NCBI GenBank assembly: GCA_020137815.1
Contig: CM035354.1
Location: forward strand, 1,364,001 to 1,428,000
Length of the DNA stretch: 64,000 nucleotides
Direction: 5' to 3'
Source of the DNA: Hormiphora californensis
Lineage: Eukaryota; Animalia; Ctenophora
The translations under genes and the position numbers were made by a program. The notes under the pieces are model-generated. The model was not told the origin of the DNA and did no database searches. It saw only the letters and a program-made list of their open reading frames with translations. This document shows, piece by piece, positions 39,677 through 51,833 of the stretch. Each line of letters opens with the position of its first letter. The first letter of the stretch is position 1.

Positions 39677-40062
39677 TAAGGAACCATAATAAAGTTCAAG
39701 AGCGCACCCCATCCAAGAGCGCACCACCTCCAAAAGACACCACTCCGAGAGCGCACCACATCAAAGAGAGCTCCCCATCCAGAAGATACCGCGCGCAGGG
39801 GACACCACGCGCAGAAGAGACCGCACGCGCAAATACAACGCCGCGCTGGTCTCTTCTGCGCGTGGTGTCCCCTGCGCGTGGTATCTTCTGGATGGGGAGC
39901 TCTCTTTGATGTGGTGCGCTCTTGAAGTGGTGTCTTCTGGAGGTGGTGCGCTCTTGGATGTGGTCTCTTTTGGGTGTGGTGCGCTCTCAGGTGTGGTCTC
40001 TCTTCGATCGGGGGCGCTCTTGGGTGCTCTTGGAGGCTCTTGAACTTTATTATGGTTCCTTA
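39677..40062. mobile_element. Palindromic MITE with internal ~19-bp repeats
   Basis: TAAGGAACCATAATAAAGTTCAAGAG ... CTCTTGAACTTTATTATGGTTCCTTA. A diverged relative lies at ~40527-40744. Confidence 0.8.
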
Positions 40063-41049
40063 TTCAAAACGCAGACGGTTCGCGAAGTGAAAGTGAAAGT
40101 TTGGTTCGTGTTGTTTTTCTAAAAATCGTGTTGCTTTTCTAAAAATCTTTCTCCATCCAGCCAGCCTAACCTGAACCTGATTTTCAATACGATATGGGGA
40201 GCTGGAGTAGCTCAGAAACACGAATGTTCCCAAGATCGTTTCACGAAAGTCGAAAGTGTCAGTGCTCAGGCCTCGGTCTCAGGCCTCAGCCCTCAGGTCT
40301 CGGTAGACGGTACTGGATACTTTCGATAACAAACACTTTCCCGTGGTGCTAGACGAGTAAAGTCGGATTTTTTGAAGTTGTCACCCCCAAATGACCGCAC
40401 ATATAAAATTTATCAATTTTGACGCGCACACCACACGTGAACATGTGATGTGACGCGCAAAAACATTCCGTGCACGAGAAGGGGGGGGTGACAACAAAAG
40501 TCCAAGTATGAAGTTTCGGAATAGTTTACCATAAAAAGTTCAAGAGTGTGTCAGATCAAAGTCCCAACTCCCAAGAACACACCACATTCAAGAGCGCACC
40601 ACATCCAGAAGAGACCACTCCAAGAGCGGTTTATTTTGGATGGGGAGCTCTCTTGGAGTAGTCTATTCTGGTGCGGTCTTGCCTCTTGGGTGTGGTATCT
40701 TCTGGATGTACTGACTACTGTGGTGTGCTCTCAGATACATGGTAAATTCAGTGTAAACCTTACAGTCCACAACACTGTTTAATGCTTGTTGTCCCTGTTT
40801 CAAGGAAAAAGTGTGTGCAACTTGTCATATTATTTTATTTTGGTTCATTTTCGGATCATTTATAATTTCCGACGCCTTTTCCCCTACGTTCCTTTTGTTC
40901 GGTGCCGAGCAAGACCTGACCAAGTCCCATTATACCGTGAAACAAGTATATTTTATTGGTTTTAAAGTTTGATTAAAGATCACAATTAACAATAACTAAA
41001 CACGATATTTATTGTTCGCATAGAGTCCTTTACAATATATGTTAGATTA

Positions 41050-42835
41050 CTACTGCTCGGGGCATTTGCAGACGAAAGGTCGTTTGTAGTGGATGAAGGA
41101 ATCGTCCCATCTTCCGTGATCTCGGAAAATTCCAGCGCAATCCTGACCTCCGGGGAATCTCTGCATATCGTCCGGTTGTTGTTTGTCCCAGTTGGTCCAC
41201 TGTACCAATATTTCCATCAAGATCAATCCAGACATCCTCCTGCTCCAAATCACTAGCACCGATCCACAGCTAGGGAAGAGGGGGGGTTACTAGGGGGTGT
41301 TACTAGGGGTTACTAGGTGTTACTAGGGAGTAGGGGTTACCAGGGGGTGTTACTAGGGGTTACTAGGGGTTACTAGGGGGTGTTACTAGGGGTTACCAGG
41401 GGGTGTTACTAGGGGTTACTAGGTGTTAGAATCCACAGCTGGGGGGGGGGCTTACTAGGGGTTACAAATGGTGAGGGGGGTGGGGGGGGGGGCTCCAAAT
41501 CGCTAGGGTCGCGTCGGTTTTCGGGTGATTAGGGGAGGGGGTGGCCGGTAGGTATTATGGTCGGTTGTTGCCTGTTTTATGATCCGGGGAGGGGGTCGGG
41601 GGAGATGGGGGTTATGGGTTACTTATTAGATAGAGACGAACTGTATTGGAATTCTGAGCTATTACTACCTTATAATTTACTAATTTCACTTACCCAGTTC
41701 TCGTGGGCAAACTTCCTGGCATTAGGATGGGACTCGAAACTCTTCTGGATGTCAGACAGGAGTTGGGCATTCTCCTCCGCACTCTTTGGGAAGGCCAACA
41801 CCATACCCATATCCTGGCATGTCTGGACGGCCGTGGTCCAGTTCACGTACTCATACACAGGTGCAAATACAACATGACCAATGCCGTAGACATCCTCGCA
41901 GGTCTGATCAGGAACCCTGATTTCAATGTCGATCTCAATGTTGGTCCCCTTGCAGCAGTCCCTGATGACACACCTGTAGTTATCCAGGTGATCTTCAGTT
42001 ACCTCCGGGATGAAGAGGGTCGCCTTACCAGATCCAATCACTCCCATCATATCACCCACCTTATCTGGAATGGGGGGGGTGTTAGTGGGGGGGGGGATCC
42101 AATAACTCCCATCATCTCACCCACCTTATCTGGAATGGGGGTAGGGGTGTTAGTGGGGGGGGGGGGGTGTGTGTTAGTGGGGGGAATCCAATAACTCCCA
42201 TCATCTCACCGATCTTATCTGGAATGGGGGGGGGGGGGGAGGTTGACAAGGATGAAATTTAGGGCGGTTATCGAGATTCAATAGAAGACAAATACTCAAT
42301 ATATATGGTGGTGGTCAAGCCAGGAAGGATAGTGTTTTAATAGAAGACAAATACTAAGCAGCAATACTGGGCTAGTATCTAACTAATTAGTCTTTAGTTA
42401 GTGAATTAACTTACCTTTTCCTACACCGGTGGTCTTGTACCAGATAACATTGGGGTCTGATCCAGCGTGGTTATGGGCGGCACACACAACGGAAACCTTC
42501 TGTCCTAGCTCCACCTCAAGTACCTCAGGGGGCCTCATTATAACCTCAATCTCACCAGTTGACTTGGTGCAGAAGGTGTTGGACCTTTGGGCAACTGTGG
42601 AGAGAGGAGGGGGTTAGTGGGTAACTGTGGATGGAAAGAGAGAGAGAGAGAGAGGAGGTTAGTTTTGGGGTTTTTAGATGGGGCCGAGCTTTAGATTTAA
42701 TAAGAACTACGAGAGCAATAAGTCTGCCACAGTACAGTTACTTATTGGTACAGTACCACCATGGTATACAGTACTAAGTGGGTGTGACTCACCTGCAAGA
42801 GCGAGAAGCCCAGCTAGAATGATAACTCGGATCAT
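41050..42835 (-). CDS. Secreted Ig-domain + C-type lectin protein (apparent 1-nt frameshift in last exon)
   Basis: Exons 42835-42793 (signal peptide MIRVIILAGLLALA), 42594-42415 (VSVVC..VIWYK), 42064-41694 (TLFI..DNYRC; NWTTAVQTC..LA..EEN) and 41269-41050 (LWIG..W, then after a frame change WTNW..QPD..C..WDD..FVC). Confidence 0.85.
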
Positions 42836-43074
42836 GGTTACTGCTGTAGGTATCAGATAGAACTCAGTGATGATCTCCGTCCAGTGGACTAGTTATATAC
42901 CCCCGGGCCCCACTACAGCAGCCCTATCACGCGATGACGCGGCGTTAGGGCGGCGCATTGCACCTGATACAACATTCCGTGTGATTGGTGGCAAGATCGA
43001 TATATCATTTTTCAGTACTAAAGACTTGTCAAGCTCAAGGTCTAATATACAATTGCCGTTAATCACGTGTCCTC

Positions 43075-43190
<116 letters not shown>

Positions 43191-43250
43191 TCCCTCCCTC
43201 TACTTTTCACACTCTAAACTAACAGTACCGCGTGTTGTTATAGCACACAC

Positions 43251-43556
43251 ATGGCTAAGATCATACGTGGAGGTGTGTTGGTAGTGGCTGCTGGATCTGC
43301 CGGTTACTATGGTTACCAAACCACCAAGGAGAGAGTGGGTGAGGTCCCCCTTCCAACCATTCCAACTGTGAGTGAGGTCAGGGAATCACTGGGAGCAATG
43401 AACCCACTCAAAACAGTGAAACAGTATTGGAACTCTGTGGTGATCAACAGTACACTGTATCTACACAGTAACGTGTCCCCTGATATTGTTAAGGATGGGG
43501 TTGTAAAGGGTTATGAGACTGTAGCCAACAAAATAAAGGGTGATGAGGAAGAGTGA
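43251..43556 (+). CDS. Small single-exon membrane protein, MICOS subunit MIC13/QIL1-like
   Basis: Clean 101-aa ORF preceded by TTATAG. N-terminal Gly/Ala-rich TM segment with GxxG..Y and a downstream KQYWN motif like MIC13 RDSWN. The identity is a recollection-based inference. Confidence 0.55.
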   Translation: MAKIIRGGVLVVAAGSAGYYGYQTTKERVGEVPLPTIPTVSEVRESLGAMNPLKTVKQYWNSVVINSTLYLHSNVSPDIVKDGVVKGYETVANKIKGDEEE

Positions 43557-43788
43557 TTTTAGAAGGGGTGAAATAAGAGGATGGAGTTTTGTTGAATGTA
43601 ATTAACTTATTTATTAACACTTTTCAAGTTTCATAGAATATTGGTTCTTTGGTTTTTACATATATATCTACCCCTGGCACCCCCTGGGTATGACATCCCC
43701 TCTTCTTCTCTACCTCCTGCGCTGTCCTCTCCCTCATCATTCCCCCACTACCAATAACCCATCCCTGAATTATATAGCAGCCAGCAAT

Positions 43789-46700
43789 ATGGGTAAACAA
43801 GAAGCCGGGGGTCTGAGGAGTTTTGTGGCGGGAGGTACTGGTGGGGTGTGCTGTGTTGCTTCTGGACAACCATTCGATACCATCAAGGTATGAATGATGA
43901 TATATCATCTGACCCCCTGTGACTTCGTAACCAAGGTATGAATGATAATATACATCACCATACATCACCCACCTATAGTATCTTAGGTGGAAGACCTCTT
44001 TTTGTATTTACTAACACACCAATAACTCTCTGTTACTCCCCAACAACTGCGTTAACCAATAATTTCTCCCCCAGGTCCGAATGCAAAACCAGGTCGGCGG
44101 TGCGCTCTACAAAAATAGTATTGATTGTACTGTAAAGACCATACGGAATGAGGTGAGAACTGAGACAATCCGCCATTAAATTCAACCATCTAATTATCAG
44201 ATAATCGCAGTGTTTGTTCTATTTAGGTTTTCAACCCGCCCTGTGTAACATTTCAGGGATTTTTCGCCCTCTACAAAGGGATGGCAGCACCCCTCGTAGG
44301 AGTAGTCCCTATATTTGCTGTTAACTTCCTCGGCTATTCCCACGGCAAGAGTCTTCAGCTTATGAACTCTAAAAGCCAAACTCTGAGGTTAGTAATGCAT
44401 TGTTAGGTGTGCTGCTTCTCTCAGACTCAGGAGTAGAAAGGATTATAAAAAGAGATGCGTAGTTTTTCAAATAAACGGGTCAATATGAAATTATTATTCA
44501 AGAATATAATAAGCGCTATTGCTTTACACCTGGTGGCTTTTCTCTTGTTCTATAGAGTACAATTCCATGCTGATGAGTTAGACTAGTTTTTATTCAAAGG
44601 AAAACTGAGTTTTCTCTTAAAATAAACACTAGTCTAATATAATATGGAGTAATCTCATGGTAATATTCGACATTATCTCCTATAATAGTTAAATTATGAT
44701 ATAGTGGTCAATGTGGTGTCATGATGTAGTTTATAGGTCCTTGGTCATCTAGTTCATTAAAAGGGCACATAGGATGGTAAATTTGAATTATCGTTAGACA
44801 GATCAATAATTGTTATAGACTAAGATCAGTAACTATTACACGTGACTCAGTATAATTGTCGGGAAGATATAGACGTATTATTGAAGCTTCACACACATGA
44901 AGTTCCTGTCACCCACATCATTACCATTTCACTTGCCATTCTACGCCCGGTGTATCTAAGACAGCCGACATACTGGGAGTATATTTCATGTAGCATTTCT
45001 CATGATTACCATCCTATTCTCCCTATTTTCCTACATTTTGCCACCCATTTCTCACCCCCCTCCCCCATTTCTCACCCTCCCTTCCTCCCCCATTTCTCAC
45101 CCTCCCTCCCTCAGTCCGTTACAACATGGTTTTGCTGGTTCTCTGGGGGGCCTCTACATGACTGCCCTGATAGCTCCTGGTGAACGGATCAAGTGTCTGC
45201 TTCAGGTATTAAACTAGGGCAGTATTAGAGAGGGAGCTACCATGGTTATTAGTACCGGGATATCAAGAGGGCGGGTGGTGGAGGCCAAGAGAGGCCGAGA
45301 GAGAGAGAAGTGCGTTGTGGGCCTAATTAGTAGTTGGTGCGTTGTGGGTGAGCCATCGGCACCCTCTAACTCTGGACTCTGGAGAGAGAGAACCGTTCCC
45401 AGTTCCTACTCTGGAGAGAGAGAGAGATAGAGAGAGAGAACCGCACAGCTTTCAATGAGACTCGACGTACCTCCCTCAAAAGCTGCTCAAAACTCTTTCT
45501 AATTGGTCTAGCCACACCTAGCCATACTATGATGTAATTTAACAGTAGTTTTCCACCAACACCACCAGTAGGACTGGCACCACACTGGGAAATGGCCCCA
45601 GATCATTGGCCTGCTGGTACCACTTCTCAGTTCTCACTCCCTCCTAGATCCAGACGACTGGTCCTGCTAAGTACAGCGGTCCCCCTCCCTCCCTCCCAGA
45701 TCTAACTAACAGATCTAATTCCCTCTTCCCTCCTAGATCCAGACGACTGGTCCTGCTAAGTACAGCGGTCCAATGACCCCATTCCCTCTAACTAACAGAT
45801 CTAATTCCCTCTTCCTTCCTAGATCCAGACGACTGGTGCTGCTAAATATAGTGGTCCCCCTCCCTCCCTCCCAGATCCAACTAACAGATCTAATTCCCTC
45901 TTCCCTCCTAGATCCAGACGACTGGTCCTGCTAAGTACAGCGGTCCCCCTCCCTCCCTCCCAGATCCAACTAGCAGATATAATTCCCTCTTCCCTCCCCT
46001 TCCTAGATCCAGACGACTGGTCCTGCTAAGTACAGCGGTCCAATGGATGTACTAAAGCAGAGTTACAGGGAGGGAGGAATAAGGAATGTAATGCGAGGAA
46101 CAGTCATTACCGCTGTCAGAGGTACAAATATTAATAATATTAATAATTAATACTAGTGTAATACAAATACTATTTAATACAAAATGCAACTTACAAGTGA
46201 GGTCCAATCTTGTTCCCTAATATTAGATAATAGATAGATGTACATGAGTGACACTCATTGAGTGTTGAATCGATGTTCCATTTAAAATCTTTCTCAGACT
46301 CTCTGTCACCAATACATATACTCCATTACCCCCCTCCCATCCAGATATGCCAGCCTCATTCTGCTAACAGTGACCTATTCCCCCATCCAGATATGCCAGC
46401 CTCAGGGTGCTACTTTGCTGCGTATGAGCTGACTAAATCCAGATTTAGGGCGGCTAATGGCAGTGATGATCTCGCGTTCTGGCAAGTGCTTGTTGCTGGC
46501 GGGTTCGCTGGGTGGGCTAACTGGGCCTGGGGTATCGCCCCTGATGTTGTGAAGACTAGATACCAGACAGCCCCTGAGGGGAAATACAAGAGTGCCATGA
46601 GCGTAGTTCCTGAACTGGTATGTGTGGTTTGGTGTTACCACGTGTTGTACAGTACACGTGTTGTGTGTAATTGTGTACCTTGTAGTTACACAAACTATTA

Positions 46701-47307
46701 AATGGCTGTCATTGTTTCTGTAGTAGTGGCAGCTGTACACACAGTACTGTGTATTTTATTCAATTTGTTTTTTAGCATGTCATAATGCAGTAGAATTCCT
46801 CTCTTAGCTCATGTTAAAACTTGATTTATTTCTAACATCTCTCTCTCTCCGCAGTACAAGACGGAAGGTGTGAAAGGTTTCTTCAAAGGTCTCGGTCCCA
46901 TTGCACTGCGAGCATGGCCTGCAAATGCGGTAAGATAAGGATTTTAGAAGTTGTATTGTGAAGTACCACTACCAAAGTTAACTTGGTACTTTTACTACCA
47001 CCCCACCCATCATGCTTCCTGCTGGACCCCCCTATAATATTATGTTTCCCTCCCTGCGTGTAATATTTGCTGTTCCTACCCCCCTCATGCTTTCTCTAAT
47101 ACCCCCCCGTAATATGCTACCATCCCCAGCGTCAAGCTTGTAATATGCTGTTCCTATCCCACCGGCCACCACCTCTTATGCTTTCTTCCCCCCCCCCCTG
47201 TAATATGCTGCCTCGCTAATAACGTCTCTTATTTTCAGTGTTGTATGTTGGGATACGAGATGGCCCTCAAAGCTATGAATTGGGCCGCCCCCCTTCCTGA
47301 ATACTGA
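43789..47307 (+). CDS. SLC25A20: Mitochondrial carnitine/acylcarnitine carrier
   Basis: Exons 43789-43887 (GQPFDTIK), 44075-44152, 44257-44387 (LYKGMAAPL), 45115-45205 ([11 protein letters not shown]), 46007-46121, 46391-46617 ([28 protein letters not shown]), 46855-46929 (LRAWPANA) and 47239-47307. Confidence 0.92.
45636..46044 (+). repeat. 5 x ~86-95-bp tandem repeat spanning the SLC25A20 exon-5 acceptor
   Basis: CCTAG|ATCCAGACGACTGGT.. with exon-equivalent starts at 45648, 45737, 45823, 45912 and 46007 (the real one). Confidence 0.95.
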
Positions 47308-48277
47308 TCTGATATAATGGACAATAAATTGGTTTAAAAAACACTCTGTTGAATTATGTTGTATGTAGAATTCTGTTATTCAGAGGTGTTGACAAGTTTG
47401 AAGCGATGTGTTTTCTACGTGTTTTAGCCTACCCACGATGTGGACCTTTTTGTATGTAATAGATCAATGTTTCGTCCAAAACCAATATTATTTCGTTTTC
47501 TAATTCGGGAACTGGGACATTGTGGCACGCGCCGCCGCCAAACCAATATTTGACAGAACTCCCAGCGCGAGTTACTCACCTTCAAGACGCGCGCAGCAAT
47601 GACGCAGAATCATTCCTGACTCTGGAATCTGTTGATTTTGTCGCATCTGTGATCGTCTGCATTTTTCGTTAGTCGTTGCCAGTGACCCCAGTTTCTAATT
47701 TTAGCCTCCCTCTCTTGGTGGTCAGCAGGTGCATCACTTTAACGGGACATTAACTGAGTTGCAGTTTTTCCAAGTGGTACTTGAAACTATTAATCCGCTA
47801 AGTAGTGTCCACCTGTTTATATGGCAACTAGCCTTGCACTCTAATTCATATCCCTCACACAATCCAACACACAACTATATAGGTTTTATTAAATCCAGCT
47901 CCAACACGTTACACAACTGTATATAGGTTTTATTAAATCCAGCTTTATAAAATCAATAACAGTAAAAACACACGATAAACATGATTTAAAAACACTAGGC
48001 CCCCTTTTTAGATTTCCCTAAAGAGTCTCTTCCCTTGTCGTCAAATAAAATCTCGATCCCCCCACTGTCAGGCCAATGCTCTGCCCACAGTTCTCTCGCG
48101 GTCCGCGTGCAGAACATTTGAGAGAAATGAGAATAGGGTGTCATGCCAAATGCCAATGCTCTGACAGATCCCTCAGCAACCGATATCCGATAGAAGTAGT
48201 AAAATCTCAATGATCTCCTTAGTATGTCAAACTGTCAGAAGAACCCTAGTTGAAGTGAGTCCAACTGCAGAAGCTGG

Positions 48278-48968
48278 GATGGTTGCTATGGTGACAGGAA
48301 GGTTGCTATGGTGACAGGATCTGATATTGCTGCTGTATCGATCACACAGTGGAGTATAGTTGCTATGGTTGCTATGGTAACAGGATGCTGCTACACAGTC
48401 GAGTATAGTTGGTGTTTGGTAGCTGCAGTGGGAGGTTGCTATGGTGACAGGATGCTGCTACACAGTGGAGTATAGTTGGTGTTTGGTAGCTGCAGTGGGA
48501 GGTTGCTATAGTGACAGGATGCTGCTACACAGTGGAGTATAGTTGGTGTTTGGTAGCTGCAGTGGGAGGTTGCTGTGGTGACAGGATGCTGCTACACAGT
48601 GGAGTATAGTTGGTGTTTGGTAGCTGCAGTGGGAGGTTGCTATAGTGACAGGATGCTGCTACACAGTGGAGTATAGTTGGTGTTTGGTAGCTGCAGTGGG
48701 AGGTTGCTATGGTGACAGGATGCTGCTACACAGTGGAGTATAGTTGGTGTTTGGTAGCTACAGTGGGAGGTTGCTATGGTGACAGGATGCTGCTACACAG
48801 TGGAGTATAGTTGGTGTTTGGTAGCTGCAGTGGGAGGTTGCTATGGTGACAGGATGCTGCTACACAGTGGAGTATAGTTGGTGTTTGGTAGCTGCAGTGG
48901 GAGGTTGCTATGGTGACAGGATGCTGCTACACAGTGGAGTATAGTTGGTGTTTGGTAGCTGCAGTGGG
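48278..48968 (-). repeat. 9 x 67-bp tandem repeat spanning the stop codon of the SLC25A20 paralogue, plus decayed partial copies
   Basis: Stop-equivalent CTA (+ strand) at 48391, 48458, 48525, 48592, 48659, 48726, 48793, 48860 and 48927. Confidence 0.95.
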
Positions 48969-51386
48969 TAAATACTTTTTCCATGCCTGCATCACTAGAT
49001 CATACACCACCAAACACACCTGGAGATTGGGGTCATTATTTATTATTTAATCATTATTGTCCATGATAGTGGGCCCGATTTAGTGAGTGAACAAGCATAC
49101 TACTAGTATCCGGATTCCAAAAGTGGGTATAATCCGGTGGTGAATGGTGATTATCACCTGTTTGTCACCATGGCAACAAGATAGTGGCGTTCCTCAAAGT
49201 GCAGTATAGGTACTCACCCCGTTTGCGAGGAATGCCCTCATCCCACTGGGAGCGAAACCCTTGAAAAATGCTCCTGGTCCTTCACGGCGGTACTGAAACA
49301 TATAAATGTTGTTGATTGTTGATAGAAATGTGTCATTCGTGGATTGTACACTTCCAGAGATCTCCAGGGGATCTTGGGAGGTGCAAGGGAGGTTGTTACT
49401 GAACTCAGCTCAGGCCCTTTCAACAACTACATTTCCTTGCCTCCTTGGTGACATATAGACACCTGGTGCGACCCCCCGCAGTGCGACCCCCCGCACACAG
49501 GTGTCGGCTCCGCCCCAAAAAGGGTCGTTTCTTTCAAGGGATGTTGCACGCGATCCACTGGGTACCGAACCTTTTTTAGGGGGCGGAGCCGACACCTGTG
49601 TGCGGGGGTTCGCACCAGGTGTCAATGTCACCAACATATTTTCCTAGATGTTCTCCGGAACTTTCTCTTTACTCTGAACTCCTTGACGCACCATGTCAAA
49701 CTAACAAACGTCCATGAAGTTTTCAGTGATAACTGCAGGTTCGCCCTGCACTTCTTGAATTTCAGTCACGAGTGCTGCACAAATGCACTAGCGATATACA
49801 ACCTTGCAGTCTTCTTATCTAACCCACGCCTTTTAAAAACTTGCTATACGAGATATAAGTTGGGATGTGGGAATGCACTCCACCCCTAGTGCATTGCACA
49901 ATGTACATTATGTACAATGTACAGTACAATGTATATTGTATAATGTACAGATTGTACACATTGTCCAGCCCTCGAGGAACAAAACATGTTAGATTTGTTT
50001 AGCACAGCTTCAATTATAGTGTGTACCTACCAATTACCACTACCACTGCATTTACCAATTCTGGTGCCACGTCAAGGAATGAGTTATATTTCCCGGGGGG
50101 TGCAGTTTGGAACTTGGTCTTTAACACATCCGGAGGGACTCCCCACAGCCACATTGCCATTCCTCCCAATCCCCCAGCTAGCATTACAGAAGAAGAGGTC
50201 TCACCGTACCGCTGTGTGGTGGCTTGATAAAGGACGTAGAACAAGCCAGAGCCAGGTACATCTGAAGAATGGGGTATTGGGGAAATATTGGGTACTATTG
50301 GGTGATATTAGGATATATTGGGTACTATTGGGTGATATTAGGAATGGTGTGTTATCTAAGTAAGTAAGTAGAGATGAACGCCGTGGTTTACTAATCAATA
50401 AGTAATTACCCCTGAGAGCTGTGACAAAAGTTCCTCGGAAGACCTGTCGTAGTCCTCCCGTCCTGAGTGTCTGTCTCAACACATCCACCGGCCCACTATA
50501 CTGTCGGTGTGCCTTTCTTTTGTCTGTCTGTAACTGTATAGAAACGAGGGGTCAGGCCGTTATTTAGGGTGCAGATACTAAACCCATTGCATCATGGGCC
50601 CATAGGATCTATGGCATAGAAACGAGGGGTCAGGCCATTATTTAGGGTGGATAGATCTACATGGGTATCATACCCTTTCTGGATATTAGACATTGGACAT
50701 TGGATAAGGCGATATAATTGAGCGCAAAGGCTCGTGTTCCTTCTATCTTACCTGTAGTAAGCACTTGACTCTCTCCCCGGGAGCAATAATGAATGTCATG
50801 TATACCCCTGCCCAGAGACCCCCAATCCCATGATTCAGCACTCCCATCTCCTCTCGACCCAAGACGTGCTGCTGGAACCGGATCATGTGATCGTGACCCA
50901 GGAACCACACTGCTGAATATGGGATGCATGCCAGGAGAGGTGTTGACATGCCCTTGTAGAGCGCTCTAGGTCCCTCTCGGGTAACGGTCTTCCGGAGACA
51001 ATCAAGGGAGGATCTGTAGACGGAGCCCTTGACTTGGTTCTGCATACGCACCTGCGCCGGGGAATAAGGATTGTTATACTCATAGGGGCCGTACTTAGTG
51101 TTTCATGGATCTCCTTTTCCCTAACTGGAAGTTAATCCTTTCTTCTATAATGTAAAACTATAGCTGCTAGTAAAAACAAGGAACAATATGGAACACTCTA
51201 GTGTTTTGAATGTTAGTAAACCTACCTTGATGGTATCGAAGGGTTGTCCGGTGACAAGAAATGCTAAGTTAGTAAACCTACCTTGATTGTATCGAAGGGT
51301 TGCCCGGTGACAAGGAATGCAGCACCACTGATTCCACCCGCAACAAAAGATCTGATCCCTGTCGGGTCATCCTCAGCAATCCCCAT
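48927..51386 (-). CDS. Second carnitine/acylcarnitine carrier-like (SLC25A20 paralogue)
   Basis: Exons 51386-51282 (GQPFDTIK), 51051-50752 (LYKGM..APGERVKCLLQ), 50533-50410, 50261-50056 (PPDVLKTKFQTAPPGKY), 49292-49218 (FFKGF..RAFLANG) and 49019-48927. All in phase. Confidence 0.9.
49458..49623. mobile_element. Small palindromic MITE
   Basis: GACACCTGGTGCGA ... TCGCACCAGGTGTC with inner arms CCCCCGCACACAGGTGTCGGCTCCGCCCC. Confidence 0.75.
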
Positions 51387-51622
51387 GTAAAATCTCTGTG
51401 TCGGTTGACGTTATCCCACCATTACTTCAAACACACAGAGGAGCTAACACACGCGGGGGGACCTGCTCCTTCATAAAACATGTCAATGTCAATGGAAAAA
51501 TAATTCGAAAATGTCTGACTAGATGTATCACAGTGTATTTACACTAAAAACGAGCTAAAAGCAGACGAATCTAATAATAAACTGTATGTCGCTCAGATGC
51601 AGTCTATAATAGCACTTCCTTG

Positions 51623-51833
<211 letters not shown>

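Noticed and set aside
45636-46044. CRISPR-like repeat-spacer array (also 24235-24975 and 29752-30131)
   Set aside because: Eukaryotic intron context, the spacers are themselves repeated, there are no cas genes, and the repeats match adjacent exon edges.
47995-48210. 71-aa minus-strand ORF
   Set aside because: Overlaps a copy of the dispersed CCAATGCTCTG element; no ATG start or recognisable domain.
49300-49890. Nested gene in an intron of the SLC25A20 paralogue
   Set aside because: The minus-strand frames I read hit stops, and a MITE interrupts the region.
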